Assembly (NCBI GenBank): GCA_002269645.1
Contig: NIVC01001372.1
Span: 186,001 to 250,000 of the forward strand
From: Macrostomum lignano
Lineage: Eukaryota
Length of the DNA stretch: 64,000 bases
Reading direction: 5' to 3'
The position numbers were made by a program, and so were the translations under genes. Within the stretch, counting starts at the first letter, position 1, and each line of letters opens with the position of its first letter. The notes beneath the pieces were generated by a model. That model was not told the origin of the DNA. It made no database searches and saw only the letters and a program-made list of their open reading frames with translations. This document shows, piece after piece, positions 62,566-64,000 of this stretch.

Positions 62566-63284
62566 AAACGCAAGCCGAAACAAGACATTTATTATTAAAA
62601 TGGTACAAACATTGTTCGCTTCCCCTGTCAGATATGATGAGCTTCATAAAATCTCTTTTGTTCAAAAAAACTTCTCATATATGCATCGATTTGTTTAGCA
62701 ATGGGGAATTTTTCGCGTGTAGAACATGCCCAGCAGCTCTGACATTGGAAAGCTTGTTTTCCCTATTTTTTCCTGGAAGCACCTGTTCTAATAAACTTTC
62801 TCTCTCACAAAGTGGGAAGCTTCCCTTCCGCCCCATCCCATGGGTTGCCCGCCCCGCCAAACCCCAGATGAATGAATATTAATGAACCCGCCCTATGCCA
62901 GCCAAAAACTCTTCCTCCGTGAGCTCGGCAAGAGAAATATAAATGCTTTTGCAGAGGAAAAAATCCGGCATAGAAGTATGAATACAGAATTTGAAAGACA
63001 ATGGGGTGTTTGAGTGATGAGTATTGTTTTTTTATACTTTTTTTCAACCATTATTGTCTATCCGCGCTTGCTAATGGAAATTTGACAGACGGGGCTGCTG
63101 GGTTTCTTTGTTCTTCTCGGGAAAAAAAATTGAGTACGCGTTTCTATGGCGCCACTTTCAGCGGGGCGAAAATCAGGGAGTTTTTTAGCGTTAAACATTT
63201 CCTGTTTGAACGCTGCAGTCTGAATGAATTCAGTTTTTATATTAGATAGTGTGCCATTTTATGTCCGAGAAGATGCTTTTTTAA

Positions 63285-64000
63285 TCTGGGAGGTGCCATT
63301 TCTATCTGGGAGGTGCCATTTCTATCTGGGAGGTGCCATTTCTCTCTGGGAGGTGCCATTTCTCTCTGGGAGGTGCCATTTCTCTCTGGGAGGTGCCATT
63401 TCTATCTGGGAGGTGCCATTTCTCTCTGGGAGGTGCCATTTCTCTCTGGGAGGTGCCATTTCTCTCTGGGAGGTGCCATTTCTATCTGGGAGGTGCCATT
63501 TCTCTCTGGGAGGTGCCATTTCTATCTGGGAGGTGCCATTTCTCTCTGGGAGGTGCCATTTCTATCTGGGAGGTGCCATTTTCTTATCTGGGAGGTGCCA
63601 TTTCTCTCTGGGAGGTGCCATTTCTCTCTGGGAGGTGCCATTTCTCTCTGGGAGGTGCCATTTCTCTCTGGGAGGTGCCATTTCTATCTGGGAGGTGCCA
63701 TTTCTATCTGGGAGGTGCCATTTCTATCTGGGAGGTGCCATTTCTATCTGGGAGGTGCCATTTCTATCTGGGAGGTGCCATTTCTCTCTGGGAGGTGCCA
63801 TTTCTATCTGGGAGGTGCCATTTCTCTCTGGGAGGTGCCATTTCTATCTGGGAGGTGCCATTTTCTTATCTGGGAGGTGCCATTTCTCTCTGGGAGGTGC
63901 CATTTCTCTCTGGGAGGTGCCATTTCTCTCTGGGAGGTGCCATTTCTCTCTGGGAGGTGCCATTTCTCTCTGGGAGGTGCCATTTCTCTCTGGGAGGTGC
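63285..64000. repeat. 20-bp minisatellite (GGAGGTGCCATTTCTMTCTG)n, runs off the window
   Basis: Direct reading. Confidence 0.97.

Noticed and set aside
62634-62882. CPAALTLESLFS resembling a hAT dimerisation motif (PAxxxxxERxFS)
   Set aside because: Spacing is off by one, the Arg is missing and there is no other transposase similarity.

Overview
Eukaryotic (animal) genomic DNA with GC-rich exons and introns packed with minisatellites. This architecture suggests an invertebrate such as the flatworm Macrostomum, but that is an unverified inference. By hand-splicing I reconstruct two tandem minus-strand paralogues encoding immunoglobulin-superfamily adhesion receptors of the Echinoid/Fred (nephrin/hemicentin-like) type. 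Gene A (ATG 28714 to at least 6115, 9 exons) has a signal peptide, 7 Ig domains and 2 FN3 domains; its TM exon is not found in the window. Gene B (at least 48334 to stop 37751, 10 exons) has 6 Ig, 2 FN3, a TM helix and a tail ending RRVIYEVVV; its 5' exons are not found and it carries one 1-nt frameshift. Most of the remaining sequence is about 40 tandem arrays (units 4-34 bp), and nearly all long ORFs in the track are artefacts of these arrays. The most unusual patterns are: (i) several minisatellite families recur locally as inverted partner arrays, some bracketing exons; (ii) introns present in only one paralogue are often almost pure tandem repeat, two of them with short direct repeats at both splice junctions. 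No prokaryotic features or CRISPR arrays are present. I cannot claim a proven new system; the repeat-level findings are hypotheses.
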